Assembly (NCBI GenBank): GCA_003990765.1
Contig: RBNJ01000272.1
Span: forward strand, 1-34,568
DNA: 34,568 nucleotides
Direction of reading: 5' to 3'
DNA from: Jimgerdemannia flammicorona
Lineage: Eukaryota
A program made the position numbers and the translations under genes. Within the stretch, counting starts at the first letter, position 1, and every line of letters begins with the position of its first letter. The notes beneath the pieces are model-generated. The model saw nothing but the letters and a program-made list of their open reading frames with translations. It did no database searches and was not told the DNA's origin. Below are positions 11,632-22,199 of the stretch, one piece after another.

Positions 11632-14600
11632 TCAATGAGTTTCTTTTTGCTTGAACTCTTGGATGAGGTCTTGGGAGTTCTTGAGATTGGTGGCAGGTTC
11701 CCAGGTAGTATCATATTCAGAGTAACTTATCTACTTGACTAGGTATTCTGTGCAATGGTATCAGACTCGTTTGTCTAAGATTTTCTTGACTTCATACTCA
11801 ATATGGTCTTCAATTATGACTGGTGCTAATAGTGTCAGAATTTGACCAGGGTATGGGGGTGACTGGTTCCAGGCCTTGAGTTGTGACACATAGAATACTG
11901 GATGTATATGCATGGTTGTTGGCAAGTTGAGACAGTAAGACCAGGTAGAGACTTGCTCAGTAATCTTGAAGGGTCCAAGGTACTTGGGCTGGAATTTGGC
12001 TGACTAGCAGTTGACTTGAGATTGAGCCTTAATGTTGTCAGCTTTGAGTAGAACCATATCACCAATATTGTATATGACATCTCACTGCTTCTTATCTGCA
12101 TACTTAGCTTGATGTTGCTGAGCCTTTTGCAAGTTTGTAGTGGTGATCTTGAGAAGAGAATCCATTTTGTTGATAAGGTTCTGGGCTGTGGGGACTTGAG
12201 TGTGACTGGATTGCTGGAATTGGACTAGACTTGCAGGGATCTCAGGGTTTTGACCATAAAGTAGCTGAAATGGGGAAAGACCAGTTGATGATTGGTTGGC
12301 ATTATTGTAGGTGAACTCAGTGTAGATCAGATAGTGGTCTCAATCATCTTGCTTATAAGACACATAGTTTCTGAGTATTTGTTCAAGTATTCTGTTCATT
12401 CACTCTGTCTGTCTATCAGTTTGAGGATGAAAGACAGTGGATATAGCAATTTGAGTTTCAAGGGTCTTGAAGAGTGCTTGCCAGAAGTAACTTGTGAACT
12501 TGGGGTCACAGTCGCTGATAATTACTTGGGGAAGTCCATAATGGTGGAAGACAGTCTTGAAGAAGATTCTTGCAATTTCTGGGGCAGTGGTATTAGTTGT
12601 GGTTGGCTCAGCAATTATAATCTTAGTGAGATGGTCTACAAATACAACAAAAGCATCATAGCCTGTTTTGGTTCATATGTAGGAGTTGCACAATAAAGTC
12701 TATTGTGACTTGTTCGAACTTCTTGGTCAGAATTGACAAGGGTTGTAGAAGACTGACAGGTGCTTGATTGCTTGACTTATTTCTTTGGCAAAGATCGCAG
12801 CTTTGGACATACTCTTTGATTTCCTTGAGCATGTTTGGCCAATAGTAGTCTCGTTGGATATTCTTGATGGTCTTCTCAGTTCCAAGGTGGCCAGCTAGTG
12901 GAGAGTCATGATGTTCACAAAGAATCTTGTACCATAGTTCAGGGTTGGTAGGAATATATACTTTGTCTTGATAGTACACAAGATTGTCCTTCATGATGTA
13001 CTTTTCCTTGAATTCCTTGGTATTCCTTTGTAGAACCAGAGAGTCTTGTTTGTATGCCTTCTTGATCTAGTTGAGGAATTCAGGTGCCACAGTGACTTGT
13101 AAGATCACAGCAAGGTCAGATCTCCTTGAAAGTGTATCTGGTACAACTAGAGTTTTGCCAGGCTTGTAGATGATGTTTGGGGTAAAGGTCTGAAGTAGTT
13201 GGCTCCACTTGGCTTGTTGGCGAGAGAGGGTTGGTTGAGTGTTGATGTACTGAAGAGATCTATGATCAGTGATCATATCAAACTCAACTCCTTCTAGATA
13301 GTATTGCTAGATCTTGAGGGCATGTATGATTGCTAGGAGTTCCTTTTCATGAGTAGCTAGCTTTTGTTCTGCTGGGGACAATTTTCTTGACTCAAAGGCA
13401 ATAGGTCAGTGTCCTTGACCATCATCTTGAGAAATGACTGCACCAATGACAAAGTTAGATACATCTGTAATAACTGTGAACTTCAAGTTTGGGTCCATGT
13501 TTCTAAGGACAGGTGCATGGGTCAGATAGTTCTTGAGTTCTTGAAAGGCTTGTTGACAGAAGTCATCCCAGATGTAGGGGACATAGAGGTCAGAGTTGGG
13601 TTCCTTTCACAGGAGATTTGTCAAAGATTCTGCAATGCCAGAGAAGTTCTTGACAAATCAACAGTAGTATTCAGCCAGACCAAGGAAGGACCTAAGTTCA
13701 GTGAGGTTTGCTGGTACAGACCACTGTTCAATAGCTTGTATTTTTCTTGGGTCTACTTGAATTCCTTTGGCTGATACAATGTGTCCAAGGTATTTGACTT
13801 GATCCTTGAAAAATTCACATTTCTTGAGCTTTGCATAGAGCTTGTTCTCGTGGAGGATCTTGAGGACTTGTTTGATGTGCTTGAGGTGTTCTTCTTCAGT
13901 GCTATTGAAGATCAGGATGTCATCAATATATACAAGTACAAAGATATAGAGCTGATCCTTGAAGACAGTTTGCATGAGGTCTTGAAAGGTTGCTGGCACA
14001 TTGGTGAGAACAAAGGCCATAACTAGAAATTTGTAGAGTCTAAAGAGTGTCATGAAGGCAGTCTTGGGTATGTCTTCTGGCTTGATTCGAATTTGGTGAT
14101 ACTCAGAGGTGAGATCAATCTTGGTGAAGTACTTGGCATTCTTGAGAGTATTAAAGATTTGATCTATGAGTGGTAGCAGATAATGGTTCTTGACTGTGAT
14201 CTTGTTGAGTGTACAGTAGTCTATGCACATTCACAGAGTATCATCCTTTTTCTTGACAAATAGGACTGGGGAGCCAAAGGGTGACTTGCTTGGTTGAATG
14301 GCTCCTTGTTCAATGAGTTCATTGAGTTCCTTCTTGACTGCTTCAATTTCAAGTAGAGACATGCGGTACATTTTCTTCTTAGGTATAGCTGTATCAGGTA
14401 CCAACTCGATTTCATGGTCATGATCTCTTGAAGGTGGTAGACCAGGTAGTTTGTCTGGGAAGACATTCTTGTACTTGTTCAGCAGTAACTTGATGCTTTC
14501 ATCAATTGATAGCTTCTTGTCTTCTTTCTTTGATTGGATCAGTACCATAAAGGTACAGGTAGCTTTCTTGAGGGCCTTCTTGAACTGGATTACTGAGAGG

Positions 14601-16483
14601 GTAGCAATTGGGGTTCTCATCTGAGTCTTGTCTGGCTTGATGGTAATGTTGGCTCCATCTTGAATCAAGGTGACTTCATTCTTAGTCCAATCAATCTGAG
14701 GGTTGTGCTGTATAAGCCAGGGTTTGCCTAGGATCAGGTCATGGTCTCCTAGTGGTGCTACCTCGAAATCTAAACATTCCCAATACTTCTGGATCTTGAG
14801 GGGAAGTTTAGCAGCAATTGAGTCAATTGATAAGGTAGTGCTATCTGCAGTGACAACTCTACCATTCTTGCTAGCTGGTTTGGTGAGAATCTTGAGCTTG
14901 TCGATGAGGTTCTTGTTGATGAAGTTCCCAACAGCTCCACTGTCTATGAGAATATCTAGCTCTTGTCCCTTGACTAGACCTTTGAAGATGAGCATTGAGT
15001 TGGTTCAGTTCTTAGCTATACTTGCAACTTTATCAGTACCGCCAAAGCCTTTCTGATCTTGCTTGGTGGCAGATAGCTTGATGACTTCTTTAACAACTGG
15101 TAGGATAGCTTACTTTAGAATGAGTTGTACAATTCTGTCACCTTCATTGATGGTATATGGTTGGTTCTTGTGGTTGACTAGCAGGACTTGCATTTCATCT
15201 CAGAAGTCAGAGTCAATGACTTCAGCACTAACATCTAATGAGTGCTTGAAGCTGAGGCCAGATCTTGGTACAATTCTTGCATAATGTTCCTTGGGGATTT
15301 CGACTAAAAGGTCAGTTGGAATGAGCCTTCTCTCATGTGCTGGAATAGTGACTTGTTGTACTGCTTGAAGGTCCAAACCAATGGCTCCTTCTGACTGTGC
15401 TTGAGGGATCTGGGCCTTGGAGTTAACTTACATGAAATTGAGTATAACTTCTTGTTTGACTGGTTGATCTTGAGTGTCTTTGGACAGAACTAGAATCCTC
15501 TTTGGTTCCATGGTTTTCTTGGGACATTTGGTTGCAATGTGACCAGGCTGATAGCAAAAGAAGCAGGCTCTAGCCTTCTTGAGGTGCTCCTTTTTCTTGG
15601 GTGTAAGCTTGCCTTTCTTGCTCTTGTTGATGGTATCTAGGTCCATGGGGGCAGGTCCAACAGTTCTGACTTTGGGTTCCTCCCTTCTGTGGTTGTTGTT
15701 GTTGTTGTTGAAAGGTGGTCTCTTCTGTTCAAAGCAGTGACCATAAGTGATGACATCAAATCTATCAGCAATTTTTATTGCTATATCTAGGTCCTTGGGT
15801 TCTTCTAGTTCAACACAAACTCGGGTTTGACCTTTCAGGCCTTGGATGTACTTGTTGACCTTCTCGTCTTCAGTGATATATGGTAATTCTAGCAGAATTG
15901 ACAGGAATTGTGCATTGTATGCTTGCACAGACTTAAGTTGTTTGACATTTGCCAGACGGTCTCATGCAGCCTTGGTGCTGTTGACTGGTTTGAATTGGTC
16001 TTAAATAGCATCAGAGAATTTACCCCAGGTCTTGATTTGGCCAGAAAATCTGGTATTCTGGACATGATTTCACCACCAGATTGCAGTATTCCCTCGGAGG
16101 AGTATAGCAGCAAATTGGACTAGTGTTGTTTCTTCCAAATTTATCAGTTCTCTATATTGCTTCAATTGGAAAAGCCAGGCATCAGTAGACAGTCCTCCTC
16201 TTTGACCATTAAAGGTGTCAGACTTCTGAGGCTTGATAGTGACTACTGTCAGATATATTGATATTGGTAGGGGTGTGAAGGTATGAGTGGGGGCCTTGCT
16301 TTCCTTTCTTTCTATGCATTCTTAAAGTTGAGCAATCTGAGCTAATGTGGTCTGCAAAAGACTCTCAATGGCCCCATTTAACTGAGTAGGGTTTTGCTAT
16401 TCCTCTTCTTCTTGCTGATTGTACTGATTGTATGAGGTATTATCTGAACTATAGGTATGTACTATATGAAGGGTTCCACCCAT
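11632..16483 (-). pseudogene. Chromovirus gag-pol polyprotein with many transition-derived stops
   Basis: ATG at 16483 is in frame with ORFs 15928, 14995, 14230, 13276 and 12994. Motifs: CFFCYQPGHIATKC, ILIDSGA, YIDD, HHDSPLAGH..CDLC. Chromodomain EYEVKKILDKRV..EYLVK*..YDTTWEPATNLKNSQDLIQEF at ~11650-11800 is in a shifted frame. Confidence 0.92.
15035..15440 (-). other. dUTPase domain within chromovirus polyprotein, between zinc knuckle and protease
   Basis: In-frame read-through gives KAQIPQAQSEGAIGLDL..IPTDLLVEIPKEHYARIVPRSGLS..EVIDSDF*DEMQVLLVNH..INEGDRIVQLIL..QKGFGGT, i.e. all five trimeric dUTPase motifs. Confidence 0.9.
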
Positions 16484-16561
16484 TGTCCTTTATAGTATTA
16501 TAACTGATATCTTGAGAAGTGTCTTGATAAGGCTAGGTGTAACTTCACCACTGCTACTAAG

Positions 16562-16964
16562 TGTAATATTTCTAGTTTCTAAATAAGAAAGTGACTAATT
16601 CTGGTAGTCCTAAGTAGCTTAAAGAGATACTAAGGATTCAAGTGTTCTCGAAGGATTTCTGAGAGAAAATATTCTGAGGCTTTATTCATGAGAACAAAGG
16701 GGATATTTATACAAGATCTGAAAGAAGGATCTGGAAAGATCTGAGAAATCAAAGGAAAATGCCAAGAGGAAAGTTCTCAGCAAAGATGACAAATGATGAC
16801 AAATAAAGTTCTACAAGTTTCCAGGATAATCAGTGACTAACTAAATAAGTACTAGAGGATGCTCAGCACTAAGAAAGGTTTTCTAAGCATTCAGAAAGTA
16901 TCAGAAGATTGTAGAATATTGAAGAAAGACAAAGAAAAGAAATAAACTATGCTAAAATATTATA
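16562..16964 (-). repeat. Chromovirus 5' LTR
   Basis: Direct repeat of 10916-11318; adjacent to PBS and gag start. Confidence 0.95.
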
Positions 16965-17539
16965 GAATAGATATAAATAATTATCAATAGAATATGGAAA
17001 TAATTTAAAACTAATAGAGAGATACTAAAGAAAGAAAACTACTAGTCATATCTAAATACAAAAAGGAGTAAGTAATGAAATCAGTATATAAACTTAGCTA
17101 TCTAAAAGGAATAAATATCTATGATAAAGCAAGAAGAAAATATAGTAGCCAGAAATAGAGAAAGATATCAAATAATTTGTCAAGACCTATAATAAATACT
17201 AAAAATAGAAATAAGATTAATGAAATCAGACTTCAGAATTGATATACATAGAACTAATACTCTTTGCATATATTATAATAGATATAATTGGCTTTCTATT
17301 CTTAACTTTAATTAATAACTATGTAATACATTATTATCATTATAGACCTTTTTACAAAATAGATAGAGATAGGATCTCTCAAAGAAGTCAATATATAGTC
17401 AATTGTAATATATTTTTTTATTTTAAATAAAGCTTAGAATATTTTTTTCTAAAAATCTTTAAATTTATAGTATCTCTTTAAGTTACTTAGACTTACTAAA
17501 ATCTTTTAAATTTAATTACTTTCCTTAAAAAAATGAAAA

Positions 17540-17717
17540 CTATTATATTAAATTAAGTTTTAAATTAAATTAGAGATTTAATTTAATTTAAATCTTTATT
17601 TAACTTTAAAATATAATAACTTGTTAAAAATATATTCAAATTTCATATTTATTATTATATTAAATTTATCTTAATAAGTGAATTCAATAAGCTAGAATTG
17701 AAAAATTAAGAGCACTA
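17540..17717. mobile_element. Decayed MITE remnant with hAT-family terminus
   Basis: Ends in GAGCACTA (17710-17717), the same terminus as the MITE at 7241-7248. Contains the AATAACTTG..AAAATAT.TTCAAATTT motif shared with ~28515 and ~29270. Left end not resolved. Confidence 0.5.
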
Positions 17718-18091
17718 GTTCTTATCTTTTAGTAAAATTATATTATTCTCATTTTTTTTTAGTAAATTATATCAATATTGTTTTTTTTTTAATAAACACT
17801 ATATATTATTTTAAATTTTATTATACTTTTGAGTTATTATAAATATTTACTCATAACTTAAAGATCCTACAAATATATTATCTTCTATTATATCAGAGAT
17901 TGCATCAGATATTATGTATTTTGAGAGATAAAAATTGCTCTATATATAATCAGAGTAACTTCTATATCTAAAAATAACTAAATTATATACTGAAGATATG
18001 TTGAATTAATTCTTGAAGGGTTTTACTTATTCTTGAACAGACTTTGCATGAATGCATTGAGAATGACTGAGATTGTTGTTGCAAAACTGTA

Positions 18092-18146
18092 GATTGCAAT
18101 TGTTGCAATTGTTGTAATTGTTGTGATTGTTGTGATTGTTGTAATT
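18092..18146. repeat. Short tandem repeat, 9-bp unit (ATTGTTGTG / ATTGTTGCA)
   Basis: GATTGCAATTGTTGCAATTGTTGTAATTGTTGTGATTGTTGTGATTGTTGTAATT. Confidence 0.75.
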
Positions 18147-18439
18147 ATTATATACAGTATGAGATTTGCACAACGGCAAAAGAAAGCCACCACTGGCTTT
18201 CATTTCTCCATATGCCCACACAACACGGACGGCCGGCGGGCTGAGGCAGTGGGCGACCAATTAAAAGATTGACGAGGTAGGGAAAGAGGATGGGACATGG
18301 TTGATGTTTAAGAGAAAATCCGCTCATGGAATGATCGTCGCCAATGTCAGCACGACACGTGAACAATTTACACGTGTCTCCCTTCACGTAATTATTATAT
18401 ATACATAGTATCTTTCTCACTTTCTCACGTTCAAATCCT

Positions 18440-19840
18440 ATGACAATGGAGAAGAAAATGCCCAAGATAGGCACAGATCTACAAACTATACTTGAACCAA
18501 ATCCTTCGTGCCCGCGACTTCCCCCCGAGATCCTGTACCACATCTTCAGCTACTTTGACCTATCCTCTCCAGAAAACACCGACGGCGTCTTCGACCTGAT
18601 GGCGGCCTCCATGGTCTGTCGCGAATGGTGTGAAGTCGCTCGTCCCATGATAACAGATGAACACATAGAAGAATCTCAGTTTATGGACGAGGAAATTGAT
18701 GATAAATTCCCTGAAAACCTTCAGCGGTTTGCCTCGTTGCTTTCCACATCGAAAATTCTCGGCATGAACTACTGCACCAAGGTCAACATCGTCATAATTG
18801 CGATTAACGAATTCCTGGGGAGTCCTCAATGCGTTGACGACGCCAGAACTCTAACCAATCTGCCCACCAAGCCCGAGGACCACGATGCCCTATTTACCAT
18901 CCTCGCCCTCACTACGCCAACGCAACTCATCGTCCAAATCGACAAACCCGCAGGATATGCGCCTGACCGCCTCCACGCACGCGAACAGTTCCTCTCTAGG
19001 CTGGCCCCACACTTCGGTGTCCACGCGCTGACGCTCCATCTTCCCCGCGATGAGCAGCCCCCGGACCCACAATTTGCCAGCCTCGTTCACGTAGCGCGCG
19101 CCTCCTTGAGTAAGGTTACCCTCCTGGGCAGGCCTGATCCCATGACGCGGGACGCACTTTCCCTGTGCGTCGATGTCCGGACCGCGAGCATCTTCAACGG
19201 TCACGCCCCGACCACCGACTCCATCCTGAAAGGCTGGCGCGCCCTCCGCAGCATCAATCTGCTCTGGCCGGCCGGACGGGTCGTAGAAACCGTCTCGGGG
19301 ATGGGTGACACGCTAGGCGACGCGCTGGAGGACATCTACGTCATAGGGAGCCCGATCATGGAGGAGGCGGAAGCAGCCGAAGTCGCGGGGGTGCTGGAGG
19401 CCGTCGTGTCGCGCTGCGCTCGACTCGAGAGGCTGTACGCCGGCGCGTCCGAGTTTCCCACGATGTCGTTCAACTATATCAATGACGGGGTCTTGCGGGC
19501 CATGGCACGGAATTGTAAAGAAATTAGACTATTGGATCTCGCGCCCGGCCTCGGGCTCACGGCCGCGGGCATCTGGGATGATGAAACGGCGCCGCAATGG
19601 CCGAAGTTGAGGTGCTTGAACGTGTGGAACGAGCAGGTCGTGCCCGAATTTGTGGAGCGGGTGGTTTTAGGGTGCGGTGCGCTGGAAGAGGTGTATATGG
19701 TGACGGAGGTGAGCGAAGATCCGGGTGTGATGAGGGCGATCGAGCAGCGCGGGTTTGAATGGGTCTGTGATCGTCTCTGGCGTAGGCCAGCCAGCGATTC
19801 GAGTGTGGTGGAAAGGGAGGAGGCTCGAATAGCGACATAG
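18440..19840 (+). CDS. F-box domain protein with LRR/RNI-like C-terminus (466 aa, single exon; start could be 18440, 18446 or 18458)
   Basis: F-box signature RLPPEILYHIFSYF...LMAASMVCREWCEVA. LRR-like segments (CARLERLY, NCKEIRLLDL, WPKLRCLNV, CGALEEVY). Intact ORF with CpGs retained. Confidence 0.88.
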   Translation: MTMEKKMPKIGTDLQTILEPNPSCPRLPPEILYHIFSYFDLSSPENTDGVFDLMAASMVCREWCEVARPMITDEHIEESQFMDEEIDDKFPENLQRFASLLSTSKILGMNYCTKVNIVIIAINEFLGSPQCVDDARTLTNLPTKPEDHDALFTILALTTPTQLIVQIDKPAGYAPDRLHAREQFLSRLAPHFGVHALTLHLPRDEQPPDPQFASLVHVARASLSKVTLLGRPDPMTRDALSLCVDVRTASIFNGHAPTTDSILKGWRALRSINLLWPAGRVVETVSGMGDTLGDALEDIYVIGSPIMEEAEAAEVAGVLEAVVSRCARLERLYAGASEFPTMSFNYINDGVLRAMARNCKEIRLLDLAPGLGLTAAGIWDDETAPQWPKLRCLNVWNEQVVPEFVERVVLGCGALEEVYMVTEVSEDPGVMRAIEQRGFEWVCDRLWRRPASDSSVVEREEARIAT

Positions 19841-20430
19841 ATTGAGATTTAATTTGATCAGATTGGAATCTGGCACGAGGTAGAAAGAAAATGTTGATCG
19901 TGGGGCTAGAGGAAGCGAGTCGCGGCCTTGCGCTGGTGATTACAGAGATGGAGAGAAGGTTCGCGTAGTATATCAGGAAAAGGTCGCGAGGAAGAGCGAT
20001 AAAATGGATAGGGTTACGTTTGCAATTAGAGAATTTGTGTGTACAATCTAGTTTCGTTGAGTTCCGGGACATAATCAAATAATCACATTTTTGGTCGGCT
20101 CAAAGGGTAAGTGCGAACCGTATTACCATAAAAAGAGGGAGGCAAATGAAGAGACAGAACATGAAATAAAATGAAATAAAAATAAAAACCAGGAGATAGA
20201 AGACGAAGGCAAAAACAAGAAGTTCCGTCATGGCAAAATTAAAGATGCTTATACTACGTTAGCAGAGTCAACATTGGGGTTGCTCAAACTTGCAAAATCC
20301 CTGAATTTACGACCATACTATGAACAGCCCCACATACGTCACAAGCGTCCTGCAAGCCAACCAACATAACGTCCAGGGTGGCCACGAACAACGTTCCAAT
20401 TCTCGTCGTTGACAGCCTCCTGACGGGCAA

Positions 20431-20969
20431 CTAGAGCGGCCCGACCGGATCACGGCCCTGTCTAATAGCGTCGTCGAAGTCGGCCATGCCCTGTCCGTCG
20501 AGCTGGAGCTCCAGCTGTATGAAGTCGCCCGAGTAGAAGTAATCTTGCAGTGCGACCAAGTTGGCGGGGGGCGAGTTCAAGCCTTGGTCCGCAACCGAGA
20601 TATGCTGTCTATGTAGCGAGGTCACAGTGTCGGCGAGAGAAAGGAAATGATGGGTGGGTTGGAACAGCCATAATTGGTTTGTCCGAGGTGGTGTTTGCCT
20701 CGAGAACGAGGAAGACGGGATTGCGTTCCCCATGCTTCAAAGGAGGACCCAAGACAACGCGGCGGGTCGGGTTCTGGTTTAGTGCATCACTTATTATAAT
20801 TACGTCTCAGGGAAACATATTATCACAAAATGACCTGGATTTTATACTTATGATAACGTACTTGTTGCTTATCGGTCAAGATATCGACCAGGGCATCTTG
20901 GCTCACTGGGACTGGCCCCAGCGCCGGTATGAATATATATGTATTGTCGACTTGCCGAAGACGGGCCAT
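20431..20969 (-). CDS. Probable small spliced host gene, unknown function (~90-120 aa)
   Basis: Exon 1 20969-20862 (MARLRQVDNTYIFIPALGPVPVSQDALVDILTDKQQ). Intron 20861-20774 GTACGT...CTAAACCAG. Exon 2 NPTRRVVLGPPLKHGERNPVFLVLE. GC3-rich last segment HISVADQGLNSPPANL...GRDPVGPL* ends at 20431. Second splice donor unclear. Confidence 0.5.
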
Positions 20970-21140
20970 GCGCACGGTTGATATGGGCTTGAGAGGTGTT
21001 TACTGCCGATTCACAAGCGGGATGCTTAAAGACGTGTGAGTAGATTAATGACCGAAGGAGCTTCTAAAGGTTGGGCGGGGGGGGCCCTTTGAGTGATGCA
21101 GACTTTATATTCATCGGCAAAGTGCGAGATTTTATTAGCT

Positions 21141-21142
<2 letters not shown>

Positions 21143-21171
<29 letters not shown>
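21143..21171. repeat. Poly(T) tract (29 nt) upstream of the minus-strand gene
   Basis: Directly visible homopolymer. Confidence 0.85.
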
Positions 21172-21640
21172 CGCTTTCGTTGCCAAAGTTATTTACAATT
21201 TGCCGAGAGTGGCGCGCTGCCACAGTGTGGAGTTCTCAGTTATCGCTTAATGCAATACTGGTACATATAATTCAATGTGGTATAATTAAACTGCCTTACC
21301 CTGCACTGCGGATCTGTGCCATGCGCCCCGTGCACCAAGCCTGCTATTTTTGGCCGCGCTCCGCCCGATCCTTGCTGGGTCCCTGGACCCCTCGGGGCGC
21401 ACCGCGTGCATTCCACTCCCCGAACGCTCTTGTTTTGATGGCTTCCCGTACAAGGTAACCAAACATTAGGTAATTTTATATTTAGAAGTTTCGCCAAAAA
21501 TCTTATAAGCCCTGAACAATTCTCTCGGAAATTACTTGTTACTCTGGTAAATAGTTTTAAGAAATAATTTTTTAAAAATTATAATTACAATTTCAGACAT
21601 CCTTTATATCTAGCACAAGAATAATAAATACCATTACTAT

Positions 21641-22099
21641 TGTGACGGTATAGCCAGATTTGGAAGAAGGAAATAGGGAACAGACATTTGATCGCACCCA
21701 GTCCCAAAGTAGTATAGTCACATAGTTAGCAGTCCTTGATTTCACCACTTGCTAAATATTTTGCAAAGTGCAAGATGGAGCTTCTCGATATAGTATAGCA
21801 TTTTGCAACTGGCAAAATATTTTGCAAAGTGTTAAATGACTCATAACCTAGTTATATAACTCATCTCATAGCTAGCAAACTTGTTAAATAACCCAGTATC
21901 TTCAAGTGAATAAACCTCAGATCGAAATAGTTCAAAGCAAAGAGATAGCAAAGGAACTAGTAAGCCTGTGGGCAGATATACTTTGAACTCACCCACTCTC
22001 CTCTGCAACTTCAAGAGACTCTGCAAGAGTCAGAATAGTCAAGTTTTCAAGATACAGAAATCTGATGTACTTTCAAGAGTAAGCATCCACTATGTTACA
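21641..22099 (+). repeat. G2 5' LTR
   Basis: TGTGA...TTACA termini; direct repeat of 27881-28340. Confidence 0.95.
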
Positions 22100-22199
22100 A
22101 CTTGGTGCACATTGGCTGGTGATTCAAGATGAATCCCTCACTTTCAAGCTGAACAACAAACAACTGCCACTACCCGAACAACCATACAAACTGAGCCCC

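Larger units (their letters stand above)
10916..16964 (-). mobile_element. Full-length Ty3/Gypsy chromovirus with dUTPase (gag-CCHC-dUTPase-PR-RT-RH-IN-chromodomain)
   Basis: Paired 403-bp LTRs; 5-bp TSD GAATA at 10911-10915 and 16965-16969; PPT (reverse complement TCTCCTCCTCCTT from 11319); PBS-like TAGTAGCAGTGG at ~16548-16559, resembling a decayed tRNA-iMet PBS. Confidence 0.96.
10743..17405 (+). mobile_element. Old AT-decayed fragment of Gypsy family G2 (RH end and integrase), pieces 10743-10915 and 16965-~17405, split by the chromovirus
   Basis: Colinear with 26100-26705 (e.g. ATGAATAAAGAGCTCTAC at 10842 vs ATGAATAAGGAGCTCTAC at 26199; GACCTTTTTACAAAATAGATAGA vs GACCTTTTTACAAAATGGATAGA). 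Confidence 0.88.

Noticed and set aside
12292..16123. Plus-strand ORFs within the chromovirus
   Set aside because: Antisense shadows of gag-pol without independent motifs
21143..21171. Poly(T) as the tail of a minus-strand LINE or retrocopy
   Set aside because: No GACTAT end, no TSD and no adjacent LINE homology; more likely a promoter-region homopolymer
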